A stretch of DNA of 64,000 bases from Octopus bimaculoides. Taxonomy: Eukaryota. Positions 25,193-38,603 of the stretch are shown here, piece after piece; position 1 is the first letter of the stretch; every line of letters begins with the position of its first letter. The stretch is taken from assembly GCF_001194135.2 (NCBI RefSeq), contig NC_068993.1, positions 53,245,564-53,309,563 on the forward strand, written 5' to 3'. The translations under genes and the position numbers were made by a program. A model generated the notes under the pieces. That model was not told the origin of the DNA, made no database searches, and was given only the letters and a program-made list of their open reading frames with translations.

Positions 25193-28100
25193 GTAAGTAA
25201 TTTGTAATTTGTCAATCGTTTTATTGCTTTAGTGATTTGAAAAACCTGGTCTTTCTTTTTATTTTGTTTATAAATTATGTAGAAATTGTTCGAATTTTAC
25301 AACTAGGAAGTGAAGATAAGAAATGACTCTGAATTCATTCAGTGTTCTGGCTTTTATGATTATTTTTCTTTCGTTTATTCTGTCGTGTCTGGAGAGTCAG
25401 TTTCTTATTGTGCCTTAAAAGTTAACACACACACCGGTAAAATTTCCACTTATTTTTCTTTTTATTTTCCTAAAATTTTCGTTGAGTCTTGCAACCTTAT
25501 CAATAGTCTTGACTGTCCCTTACGTTTATGTTATTTATAAACAATTAAGCGGTAACATAGAGGAATTAAGTGGAATGCAGTACAGTATTTGAAATTAGAT
25601 AGTTTAAAGTGAGATTACATATTTGTTATTAAATGACAAACTATTGAAAAGTTACTTTATCGTCAGTTTGAAAAACTCAAGTTTTACAAGTTAATCGTAA
25701 TCGAACAGACCAATGATCAAAGCTATTCCACTTGGATCAATATTATTTTCTGTTTCTTTTCTTTTCACCTGACCAGGTGAGGATGTCATCTGAAGAGCAT
25801 TTGCCGTGACAGTAACTTAGTGTGGTAGTTGTATGGCATTCACTCGCGTAGCTAGGAGTAGGGGCGGCACTTTTAAAGGGGCACCACTTTTGGGTCTGCC
25901 GTAGGCAATATGTGTTTCTTGTGGGGTCCGGGGTGACAAACGGAAGGGCCGTCCCGAGCTGCGCACACTCTAGCTACGCTAGTGATGGCATTTCTACATA
26001 ATCGTGCCTACTCGTTTTCCCCCCTCCTAACATTCAGTAAAATGGATACTTTTTAACGAAATTNNNNNNNNNNNNNNNNNNNNNNNNNNNNNNNNNNNNN
26101 NNNNNNNNNNNNNNNNNNNNNNNNNNNNNNNNNNNNNNNNNNNNNNNNNNNNNNNNNNNNNNNNNNNNNNNNNNNNNNNNNNNNNNNNNNNNNNNNNNNN
26201 NNNNNNNNNNNNNNNNNNNNNNNNNNNNNNNNNNNNNNNNNNNNNNNNNNNNNNNNNNNNNNNNNNNNNNNNNNNNNNNNNNNNNNNNNNNNNNNNNNNN
26301 NNNNNNNNNNNNNNNNNNNNNNNNNNNNNNNNNNNNNNNNNNNNNNNNNNNNNNNNNNNNNNNNNNNNNNNNNNNNNNNNNNNNNNNNNNNNNNNNNNNN
26401 NNNNNNNNNNNNNNNNNNNNNNNNNNNNNNNNNNNNNNNNNNNNNNNNNNNNNNNNNNNNNNNNNNNNNNNNNNNNNNNNNNNNNNNNNNNNNNNNNNNN
26501 NNNNNNNNNNNNNNNNNNNNNNNNNNNNNNNNNNNNNNNNNNNNNNNNNNNNNNNNNNNNNNNNNNNNNNNNNNNNNNNNNNNNNNNNNNNNNNNNNNNN
26601 NNNGAATATCTAAGTCAAAGGAAAGGGAATCAGAGAAAAATGATAATTGATATGAAATTAACGAAACGCGACTAAATAATAAAAAAAAAACCCAAGAAAA
26701 TATTCTCTGTAGCTTCTTCACAATCTGTTGGGCTTTCCTCTTCGTGATAGATTTCCACACCATGCAGTTAAAGAGAGGAATTAGCAAATTAGACATTAGT
26801 GTGGGTAAACATTGGCCTGAAATCCAACAGAGAATAGAATATCCTTTTCTACTCTAGGCACAAGGCCCCAAATTTTAGGGGAGGGAGCAGTCGATTAGAT
26901 CGACCTCAGTTCACAACTGGTATTTAATTTATCGACCCTAAAGGATGAAAGGCAAAGTCGACCTCGGCGGAATTTGAACGCAGACAGACGAAATACCACT
27001 AAGCATATCGCCCGGCGTGCTAACGTTTCTACCAGCTCGTCGCCTTATCCAGGAATTTTATGAGCAACTGCAATTACCTCGTATCAAAGTTGAGAAAACT
27101 TTTCTTGAGAAAAGAGGACCTGTCACCTGACTAAGTTTCAGACTCCCTCAGCATCAACAACAACTATGCCGGTCAATTTTTATTCTTAAATACAATGTAG
27201 CAATACAACACGATGATGCAATACTTGTAATGGAATAGTTTAAAACAGGTAGGGAAAAAATAACGAGAAATCAAAAGTTACTTATTTTGCCCCGGTTATT
27301 CATTTTACTCCATTTCTTTCAAGGAAATTTTTTTTGAGGAAACGTTTTTCCAAGGGATGAGTTTCGGAAAATTCACATGCCGGCTTTGTTTCCTCATAAC
27401 TTACTGAAAATCGGGTGTTTTATAGTGAAATTTTCTGAAAATACCTTTCACCTGTTATCAATTACAATTATGTCGGAATTTGTTGTAAAACAATTGGGGA
27501 AAGGCGGATATTTCATGCACCTCGACTTTGTTTCATCATACGTGTTTACTTTCCAACCATATGGTTCTTAGTTCAGTCCCACTGCATGATAGTTGAGTAA
27601 GTGTCTCATACTGTAGCCACCTCCGCTTTACAACTAGTGTTTGTTTGTTTATGTCCTCGTACTTTAGTGGTTTGGCAAAAGGGAATAATAGAATAAGTGC
27701 AAGGCTTTGATAAAATGATGGGGTCGATCTGTTCAACTAAAAGGTGGTGCTTCCGCATAACCACAGTTCAATGATTGGAACAAGTAAAACAAAACTAGCA
27801 TGTGCGTGTATATGTTTGTGTGTCTGTGTTGGTCCCCCCACCATCGCTTGACAACCGATGCTGGTGTGTTTACGTCCCGGTAACTTAGCGATTCGGCAAA
27901 AAAGACCGATAGAATAAGTACTAGGCTTACAAAGAATAAGTCCTGGGGTCGATTTGTTCAACTAAAAGGCGGTGCTCCAGCATGGCCGCAGTCAAATGAC
28001 TGAAAAGTGAAAGCAAAAAAGAGATGAATTGGTTGGTATGGTTGTTTTTGTTATGTTGTAGGTCTTGGTGTGGAGGCGCAATGGCGCAGTGGTTAGCGCA

Positions 28101-31100
28101 GCGGTTAGCGCAGCGGACTCGCGGTCATAGGATTGCGGTTTCGATTCCCAGACCGGGCGTTGTGAGTGTTTATTGAGCGAAAACACCTAAAGCTCCACGA
28201 GACTCCGGCAGGGGATGGTGGCGAACCCTGCTGCATTCTTTCACCTCAACTTTCTCTCACTCTTACTTCCTGTTTCTGTTGTGCCTGTAATTCAAAGGGG
28301 CCAGCTTTGTCACACTGAATATCCCCGAGAACTACGTTAAGGGTACACGTGTCTGTGGAGTGCTCAGCCACTTGTACGTTAATTTCACGAGCAGGCTGTT
28401 CCGTTGATCGGATCAACTGGAACCCTCGACGTCGTAAGCGACGGAGTGCCAACAACAAGAATACATCCATATGATTCCTACTATTTCTAGCATGCGAAAA
28501 GACTGTGTATAGTATGGGTCACCAAACTACGGTCCGCGACGTCAATTTGTCCGGCCCGCTGTCGTATGCTGAAAAAAATAAACATGTTTCTTATACTTCT
28601 TAGATTACGCATGTCTTATGTATACTGAATCAGTCACGTCACGCGCTATGTATTTCACGCACCATAATAATTACCACAGTGCATCACATGTGCCTCGGGC
28701 TAGTCATGATATTAGTGATTACAATTAAAATGAGAATATCTGACGCCGAGGCCTAAGACTGCTTTTGTTTTTTCTTCACCCATCGTTATGGCTACTAAGA
28801 GGAGGAAAGTTGATGATGAATGTCGCATTTTCAATAAAGAATGGGGAGAAAAGTACTTCGGATCTTTCTGATTTGGCGGACACCATTTTTTATTTAGTTT
28901 TAATTTAGTGTGTTTTCTACCGAAACACTTTAAAACTTCGTATACTTGTATATTTTGTCTTATAGAACAGACATTTTTTTTTTTATATTCGAAGTTATTT
29001 CATGTTGAAAGTTGTCGTATTTCGGTAATTTCAACCAATCATTGACGCCTATTGAGGTGAAAACAATTACTGCTGTGGATTGTCAACAAGACGTTGTGGC
29101 GGTGTAATGGGATCTTTTTCCTTGAATAAAATTAGTGCCGTTGTTTGTCAACAACAACTATCGGCGGTACTGTTATTTATGACATCGTTCGTGCGTTTGT
29201 ACTGGTTTTAGCTTTAGGGTTTTAGGGTTAGGGTTCGGGTTAGGGATTTAGGGTTAGAGTTAGTGTTATGAGCACTATATGAAAAGGGGATAATTTCAAG
29301 AATCAAGAGTTTTTCCAAAGTCAGCATGATAATTGTCCTAACCTGTCTCCAGCATAAGACATTGGAACATAGATATGTATACACAGAAAAGCATAGAATA
29401 TATTTATGGCCTAAGTACTTTACATAAATTGAATGAAATGATTAAAAAATGGTTTACAAACTATTGTATTCAATATATGAATCTCTTTGCCTTAACCAAA
29501 TTCACACATTAATTATAAAATATTTTAGCCATAGAAACATTAGCTAGGACTAGTTGCACTTTGTCTATAATAGAGAATAGCCAACTTTATTTCTAATATT
29601 GTTTTAACATATCTATCCAATTAAACATAATCCATTTTAAACTGTAAATATTTTAAACTGTAAATATTTTAATCCAAAAGATTATTATTATTATTATTAT
29701 TGTTGTTGTTGTTGTTTTCCAGCCCAAATTACCCATTACAATTTGGATTTTGCTCTGTAATACTATTATTTCTACTTCTCAAATATGGTGAGTAGTTACT
29801 GTTATTATTATTATTATTATTATTACTATTATTATTATTGTTATTATTAAGGCGGCGAGCTGGCAGAATCGTTAGCACGCCGGGCGAAATGCTTAGCGGT
29901 ATTTCGTCTGCCGTTACGTTCTGAGTTCAAATTCCGCCAAGGTCAACTTTGCCTTTCATCCTTTCGGGGTCGATAAATTAAGTACCAGTTACGCACTGGG
30001 TCGATGTAATCGACTTAATCGCTCTGTCTGTCCTTGTTTGTCCCCTCTATGTTTAGCCCCTTGTGGGCAATAAAGAAATAGGTATTCTGTCTGTCACAAT
30101 AGACAAAATTCTGAGTTCAAATTCTGCCAGGGTTGAGTTTGTCTTTCATCCTTTCAGGGTCAATAAATTAAGTACCAGTGGAGTACTGGGGATCAATGTA
30201 ATTGACTGTCCCCCTCCCCACAAAATCTAGGCCTTCTGCCTATAGTAGGAATTATTATTATCATTATTATTGAGTGAGAGAGCAGTGCATGCCATCAAAG
30301 TGACACTGGAGTAAAATATACGAAGCCCAGTACACCCATCATGACTAACTGTCTGATAAGGGTACACCAGGCATATGCATCACAACCATATTATGTGCAC
30401 GACATGCTGATCTCATATCTAAAGGCGGTGCTCCAGCATGGCCACAGATGTGTGTGTGTGTGTGTTTCTCTGTGTGTATGGGTGCTTGTGTCTCATTTTC
30501 TTAATATTATGTGATAGCTGCATATCAGTGTCACTATCATGGAAGTGATGTCATTAGTCTGTTGTCATCATTGAATAGAAGTCCAGAGAAAGGGAGCCAT
30601 TTCCTTACATGGGAATAGGTGAAGATTGTTAACAGGCTGTAGAAACTCTGCTTTGACATCCATCTGACTCATGGAAAAGTTATAGTGGCGGCGGCGGTGG
30701 TGGTGGTGGTGAATATGACGATGATGATGTAGAAAGCAATGATATTTTTTAAAAGACACTGGTAAAGAAAGAATTTGGTGTAACTGAGTGTAATTGAATA
30801 CTTCAGGGTATGGTGTCTGCTGCTGCAATTTATGTTAACGGTGGTGTTTTCTTTTTTACAGGACTTACATAGACAAGCTTGGTCATGTTGAATACTGTTG
30901 TATTTGCCACAAAGATTTTGAGCAGAATGACATAATACATGAATGTTACTTAAAAAATAAAAAGGATGCTCGTCTGCCATTTTGCAATTGCTATAAAGGC
31001 ATACATCCAGGTATGTAAAATGTTTGTTTTGCGTTTTAACATCCTGTTACGAAAGGATTCTGACCACCCTCAAGTGACCAAAGGTGGACTGACTCATTAT

Positions 31101-32727
31101 TATAAAATGAAGAACTGTGAGCGTTTGGCAGTTCATGTTGGTAAGCAGTTCACTGTGTGTCTGTTGATATAGAGCGTTGAGTCTTGTGTAAAGCAATAGT
31201 TGTGCATCATGTGTACACTTTTCTTCCCTCTTGCTTCGTTATATTATATATCTAATACAAAGATATAAAACATCCTGAGCTGCTCTATCCAACATGATCT
31301 TTCTTTCACAAGTGTGTAACTTTTTCATTATTTTGAGTAGGTCTGGTCATCCCATAGATGTTCTCATATTAGCTTGAGTTAGTTGTTGTTCATTAGTCTC
31401 AAGTCATATGTGAGACGACTGTTGTTATCGTCAAGCCTAACTCATCGTAAGGTAAATACCACCATGACCGATATCCAAACTATAGTGGAAAAGGCTAGCC
31501 ACTGGATTTAGTTAAAAAAGAGACGATGAGCGATGGCTAGAGAAATATTGAGCTTTGTTTTTAATAACCAGTTGATCTAGCAAGCGGGGCCTCATATCAG
31601 TGAGGGTGGGGGGCGGTGCGCATTGATGCTGTCGAGAGGTAGGCCCTGAAACGACGCGCATTCTCTCCTGATGACCCCATACACTTGCTGGCTTCTGGTA
31701 TGCGGAGTTCTTGACTGGTAGCACTTGCATGTGCAAGTTGTTTGCAAGACATCTAAGACCTTGTTGTTTGCAAGACATCTAAGACCTTGTTGTTTGCAAG
31801 ACATCTAAGACCTTGTTGTTTGCAAGACATCTAAGACCTTGTTGTTTGCAAGACATCAGTTCTTAAGGCTGTGATCACTGTGTCCAGACTTATTCATTTC
31901 AGTAGGTACCTAGAACTACATTATTCAGTTTAATAAAAGTGTTTAGGTGTGATGTGAAGGAAATTTGGCTGTTATTTTTATTTGAACAAGCAACACTTTA
32001 GAAGTTCCCTCGTTAAGATATTTACATCCAATGGGCAACTAACTTCTACAACAGAGCATGATGTTTGTTCCCTATCCTATAGAACAGTATCAACACTGAT
32101 ACTTGCCCTCACCCCCACTCATTACAGCTACCACTGTGTGCCTCTGACCTCAAACTTTGTCCCTATATATTACTTTCTCCACCCCACCTCCCACCATACA
32201 AATTTATTATACTGCTGCAAAAATTTCTTTTGTAATTGTTTTCCAGATTTAGCTACAAGAACAAGATCACCAGCATAGAGAAATTACTTGGGACATCTGG
32301 TCTTAAGTATTTCTAACTAAATTAACACATCTGATGTGCATAGAAAACATATGGTCATAATTTAAAGATGCATTAGGTTTATGATATGCATAATAGAAAT
32401 TATTTAAAGAAGTAGAGATTAATGTTGAGGAAATTAATGGCAGAATTTTCTGTCTGTCTACTCATCTCTCAGTCTCTCTGTGTCTTTCAGTTTATCTCTT
32501 TCTCTCTCAGTCCCTTATTCTCTGTGTGTCTATGTATATATATATACATATATATATATTGACAAAAAAGGTCATCAAAATTTTGGAGAAAAAATCTTTT
32601 TATTTATTCATTTTTATTAGTGCTTCACCCCAAAAAACAAAAACAATGTTCTCCTCTTCTAACCCCCCCCCAAGCATCTGTTTTATATTGAATATCTGTA
32701 CACCACACCTAACACTCTCTCTCTATG

Positions 32728-32789
<62 letters not shown>

Positions 32790-35700
32790 CACACACACAA
32801 ACACACATACATGCACATGTATATTTTTGTTTCAGTGTGTCCAGGAAGTACAACTATTTGCAACAGAGAAGTAACATGTCCTGAAAGACGTGTCTATAAA
32901 GAATGTAAAGTGTCTCGTCTGAACAATGATAAATTGGTATGCAATGACAGTCTAGAATGGGAACCAAAGTTTGCATGTCCAGGTAAAAGAGATCTCAACA
33001 CATAATTATAATTGTTGTTGTTATTAATCTTTGCAATTTATTCTTGTTATTCTTTTTTGTCATTTTATAATATTGGAAATATTACAAAAGGGGAAAACAT
33101 ATAGGGAAGTGATCTGCCTGTTACATTGTACATTGCCATAGGTAGTCTTGAAGTCCATTGTATTCCAGTCTCGGCCAGTGGTTCTCAACCAGAGACCGTA
33201 TTGTCTTTGGGGGTCCATATCAGATTGTGTAGTAATAAAATCAATTATAATTGTTCAGTAGACAAAATATTTTGATAATTTTTTTTTATACAATTCCTAA
33301 TAATATTTAATTATAAAAAATATAAGATTTTTTTAAACACTGAATGGCTGATTGTCCAAAATAGGAATTAAAGGGGTCCTTAGACAAACAAACAAAAAGA
33401 ACACAACTCCAATAATGCACAGAGTCAATGACTATTGAAAAGGTTGCATGACGCAATGAAAATTTTAGTAAAAATAAATTAGTAAATCAAACCAGTGAGT
33501 GTGTTATATCAGACACTAAAAGAGAATGACTCTCTTCGGATACAATAAGATATTCATATAAATGTATGTATGTATATAAGTATGTATGAATGAATGCATG
33601 CTTGTCTATGAAAGTGTGTGCATATATTTCCTAAATGATGTTGACTATTTAAACTAAATGAATCTTTTCCACCCCTCCAGAGTGTACCAAAACTACTATC
33701 TACTGCAATAGAAGTGTAAACTGTAGTGAAACATTCATTGGCAGTGAGTGTATTTTACCATTTAACACCTCACAGAAATTGATATGTGGTGATGATCAAC
33801 AATGGAAAAGTGACTTTAAATGTCCTCCAGGTAATAATTTTATTGTATAGAATTGGTTTTTTTTTATTTATTTGATTGTTTTAATGGAATATGTCTCTAT
33901 TGAAAAAATTGATAATTAAGTGAAAATTAAATCTAATTTTTAATTTTTTTATTTTTCCTGGCGCCAACACTTCTTTTTATCAATTTTCCTTTTTCTTTCT
34001 TTTCTATCTGCCTTGTCTATTTTATGTGATATATGGATTATATATGTATATAATACAAGTATATATATAGCCTATGTAGGGTGTTTGAGCTAAATTTAGC
34101 CATTATTTTGTCTCTTATTTTCTGGAACTGCTCGATGTATTGTTAAACATTCAGTGTCATCGGAGAGCATGTAGGTTAATGTTGTTGCGAATAATTTAGC
34201 TGACATGGAGAACTGGGAGTCATCTCTATATTGGTATAGAGTTACTTGTATCATGATGACTTGCAAAGCAAGGATTAGAATCGAAGGGCCCTAGAGTCAA
34301 CTTAGCTAAAACCAAAGTCTTAATAAGTAGGAAGGTAGACAAATCACAAATCCCTTCAGGTAGATGGCCCTGCTTGATCTGTAGAAAAGGTGTAGTTAGA
34401 AACTCCATAACGTGTACCAAGGGTAAGCTATGCACACATAAGAGGTGCAGCAATATCAAAGGAAGGCTAACTGGGAAGATAGTTTTAGTATGTGGCAAAT
34501 GCTCAGGTGCTATAAACACTGAAAATGTGCAGAGAACAGCTTCTGTCACATTCCAGGGAGAAAAACTACAAGTAGTTGATAGCTTCCATTACCTAGGGGA
34601 CCAAGTCAGTAATGGGAGTGGGTGCTCTGAAAGTGTAGCTGCTAGAATAAGAATAGCCTGGGCAAAGTTCAGAGAGCTCTTACCTCTGCTGGTGACAAAG
34701 GGCCTCTCGCTCAGAGTAAAAGGTAGACTGTATGATGCATATGTATGAACAGCCATGCTACATGGCAGTGAAACATGGGTTGTGACTGCTGAGGACATAC
34801 GTAAGCTTGCAAGGAATGAAGCCAGTATGCTCTGCCAGATGTATAATGTCAGTGTGCATACACGACAGAGTGTAAGTGCCCTGAGAGAAAAGTTGGATTT
34901 AAGAAGCATCAGATGCAGTGTGCAAGAGAGACAGCTGTGCTGGTATGGTCATGTGTTGTGAATGAATGAGGACAGCTGTGTGAAAAAGTGTCACACCTTA
35001 GCAGTTGAGGGATCCTGTGGAAGAGGTAGACCCAGGAAGACCTGGGATGAGGTGGTGAAGCGCAACCTTCGAACATTAGGCCTCACCGAGGCAATGACTT
35101 GTGACCGAGACCTTTGGAAATATGCTGTGCGTGAGAAGAGCCGGCAAGTCAAGTGAGACCATAATCCAAGGCCTCTGCCAGGGGTGTAGCCAGCCCACTT
35201 ACGTGTAACATCCCTTCATTGGACACTAAACTCCACTTGCGAAGACCTGTTGAGGCAAGTGAAACCGAAATCGAACTAAATTTGATGACTGGCATCCATG
35301 CCAACGTCTCCTTCATTAGACACTAAACTCGGCTTGTGAAGACCTGTTGGGGCAAGTGAAAGCGAAATCATGATGGCACCTGTATCAGTGGAGCGCTAAG
35401 AGCACCGTCCAAGCGTGATCGTTGCCAGAGCAGCAGTCTGGCTTCCATGTCAGTGGCATGTAAATAGCACCATTTGAGCGTGATCATTACCAGCGTCGCC
35501 TTCCTGAAACTTGTGCCGGTGGCACATGAAAAGACATTAGAGCGAGGTCATTGCCAGTGCCACCGGACTGGCTCCTGTGCAGGAGGCACATAAAATACAC
35601 CATTTTGAGCATGGCCATTGCAAGTACCGCCTGACTGGCCTTCATGCTGGTGACACGTAAAAGCATCCACTACACTCTTGGAATGAATGGGGTAAGAAAG

Positions 35701-38522
35701 GGTATCCAGCTGTAGAAACTCTGCCAGATCAGATTGGAGCCTGGTGTAGCCATCTGGTTCGCCAGTCCTCAGTCAAATCATCCAACCCATGCTAGCATGG
35801 AAAGCAAATGTTAAACGATGATGATGTATGTATGTATGTATGCATGCATGCATGCACGTATATAAATATGTGTGCATGTATGTATTTCCTAAATGATGTT
35901 AACTATTTAAACTAAATGAATCTTTTCCACCCCTCCAGAGTGTACCAAAACTACTATCTACTGCAATAGAAGTATAAACTGTAGTGAAGCATTCATTGGC
36001 AGTGAGTGTATTTTACCATTTAACACCTCACAGAAATTGATATGTGGTGATGATCAACAATGGAAAAGTGACTTTAAATGTCCAGGTAATAATTTTATTG
36101 TGTAGAATTGTTTTTTATTTATTTGATTGTCTTAATGGAATATATCATTTTTGAAATAATTGATAATTAAGTGAAAATTGACCTGATCAAATCTGGAATT
36201 ATTTTGAATTTTTCCTGGTGCCAACACATCTTTTCATCAATTCTCTTTTTTCTTTCTTTTCTATCTGCCCTGTCTGTTTTATTTTTTTTGGAGCCTCTTT
36301 CTATATTTCTGCTGTGGTATATGGATTATATATATATATATATATAATACAAGTATATATAACCTATGTAGGGTATTTGGGCTAATTTAGCCATTATTTT
36401 GTCTCTTATTTTCTGGAACTGCTTGATGTATTGTTGAACAATCAATGTCATTGGAGAGCGTGTAGGTTAATGTCGTAGTTGCGAATAATTTAGCTGACAT
36501 GGAGAACTGGGAGTCATCTCTATATTGGTATAGAGTTACTTGTATCATGATGACTTGCATTTAGTATCAAAATGCTAACATGCTTTGAGAACACTCAATA
36601 CTTTGTGAACACTCAATGCTTTGTGAACACTAAAGAAGCTGTAAAATGTGACATGAATAGCTGCAACCAAGACTAGTCTGCTGTTTGCTAGCAGAAAAGT
36701 GACACAGCAAGCATTCTGAGTGTATTCAAACACCAAAATTCATCCAACAGCTCAAGGAAGAACAAGGTGCTAGAAGATGCAAGCAAGAGAATCTGGGCTT
36801 TGGCAAGAGATTTGGGTGTTGGGGTCACTACTATGAAGCTGGCCCTAAGTGAGGACCTTTTTTACTACTGGAAAAATACAACAAGACACAAAATCTGACA
36901 GTCTATGCTAAGCAGAACTGTTTGGCAAAGAACATAGAAGCTGATGGACAGGCTGAGCCACCCTGTTCATCCAGGGATAATCTAGTTCTTTTCAAATGAC
37001 CTGTGGCAGGACCAGTTGCACAACATCTGCGACAATGGGTGGTTTGCCTACAATCAAAAAACTAAAATTTTAACTTTATCCATGGATGGTATATGGTTTT
37101 ACTTGAATTTTTTTCATATCACTTTTGCTATTGCTGTGAGTTTAGTGTGTATCTTACTTAATTTTAATGAATAAGATGTTTTGAAATTTCTTAATGGTTT
37201 TTAATAGTTTTCAAACCTTTTAACATTTTATTCGATGCCTGACCCTAAAGGATTCATGTTATTCCATTGTTGTTGTACTATTATCATTGTTATTTTATAG
37301 GTGACTTAAATAAATCTAATCCTTGTTCCATTATTATTTTGTACTTAGCTCATGTTAGTTAACACAAGTTCCTGATAATTTAAGATAGTGTGATCTAATT
37401 AAATTAGTACATAATAATCATGTTCTCTATTAATAGTTTAGTTCACCATTATATTCTATGTTAATTCCAATCATTCATTTTATCAGTTTCTTACACCTTG
37501 ATGAGTCTATCATTATAAACCATGTAAATTCTATGTATCAATTCTGTACATTAGTTATAAAATAAATTTTATCTCTTATGTGTCCTTTAAATGATATTAG
37601 ATAAGTTTAATTTTTAAAAAAAATTTAGTCCAATATATATAAAACATTTTTAATTTCACATCTTATCTATGGTTCCTTATATTGGTGTAAATAAGTCTAA
37701 ATGTACTTTACCATAGCATTTTAAATTAATACCACTTCATGGTTTTTGCATACTGCATTGATTGACTAGTTACATTACTATACACTATTTCTTTTTATTT
37801 TTATTTCATTATTGATTTATAATTAGCTTTTGTTTATTCACATATTAATTAAGCAAATATTTGTATCTTAAGTTTTTCAAACTTAGCATATGTAAAACAA
37901 TACTGATACATTATTCTGATTAATGAAAACTATGAATAAACATTTACTGTATCTGTACACAATATAGCAACTTTATTTTATATACTTTTGACCTAGGTGC
38001 CTTATGGTAAAACTTCCCCTGCTCCATTATAAACTGGTCTGCTAGTAGAGAACCCCCCCCCACCTATAGTAGTTTGTCACTAAACCCAAAGAAATTTTAT
38101 AACCATATCATCCATGTATATTGTTTACCCCTTTCCCTTTCCCCATAAAGAAAATGCTAGTGCCCTCTTAAGCTTTGAATCACTAGGTCTGATAAGATGA
38201 TCCATAAATCAAAAAAAATAAATAAATAAATAAAAATAAAATCAGTGACAGTAAAAAATCTACTTAGAATTAATTACTAGCCTGTATGGTCTGGCTAAGT
38301 CAAAATGTTTTTTTTGTATTCTTCCTTTCTACTTGGAGAGTTTAAATGTAGTTACAAAAATATGTCCTGTTGAAATGAAATTTCAGTAAATTTCTATATC
38401 TTTGTGCAGCTGAGGATTGCTCTGCATTTTACATTTAATGTAATGTTCACATTGCTTAAATAAATGGAGTCGCATGAAAACGATCGTACTGCATTAACTT
38501 TGGATATCCTTGTTGCTTATTT

Positions 38523-38603
<81 letters not shown>

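Noticed and set aside
28072-28150. tRNA gene candidates (also 60753, 29851, 58662, 577)
   Set aside because: A/B boxes are followed by long repeated bodies and tails, one with a TSD; they are SINE heads without a complete cloverleaf.
31645-31680. GAAAC...CTGATGA in permuted order
   Set aside because: Stems II and III cannot form and there is no cleavage triplet.
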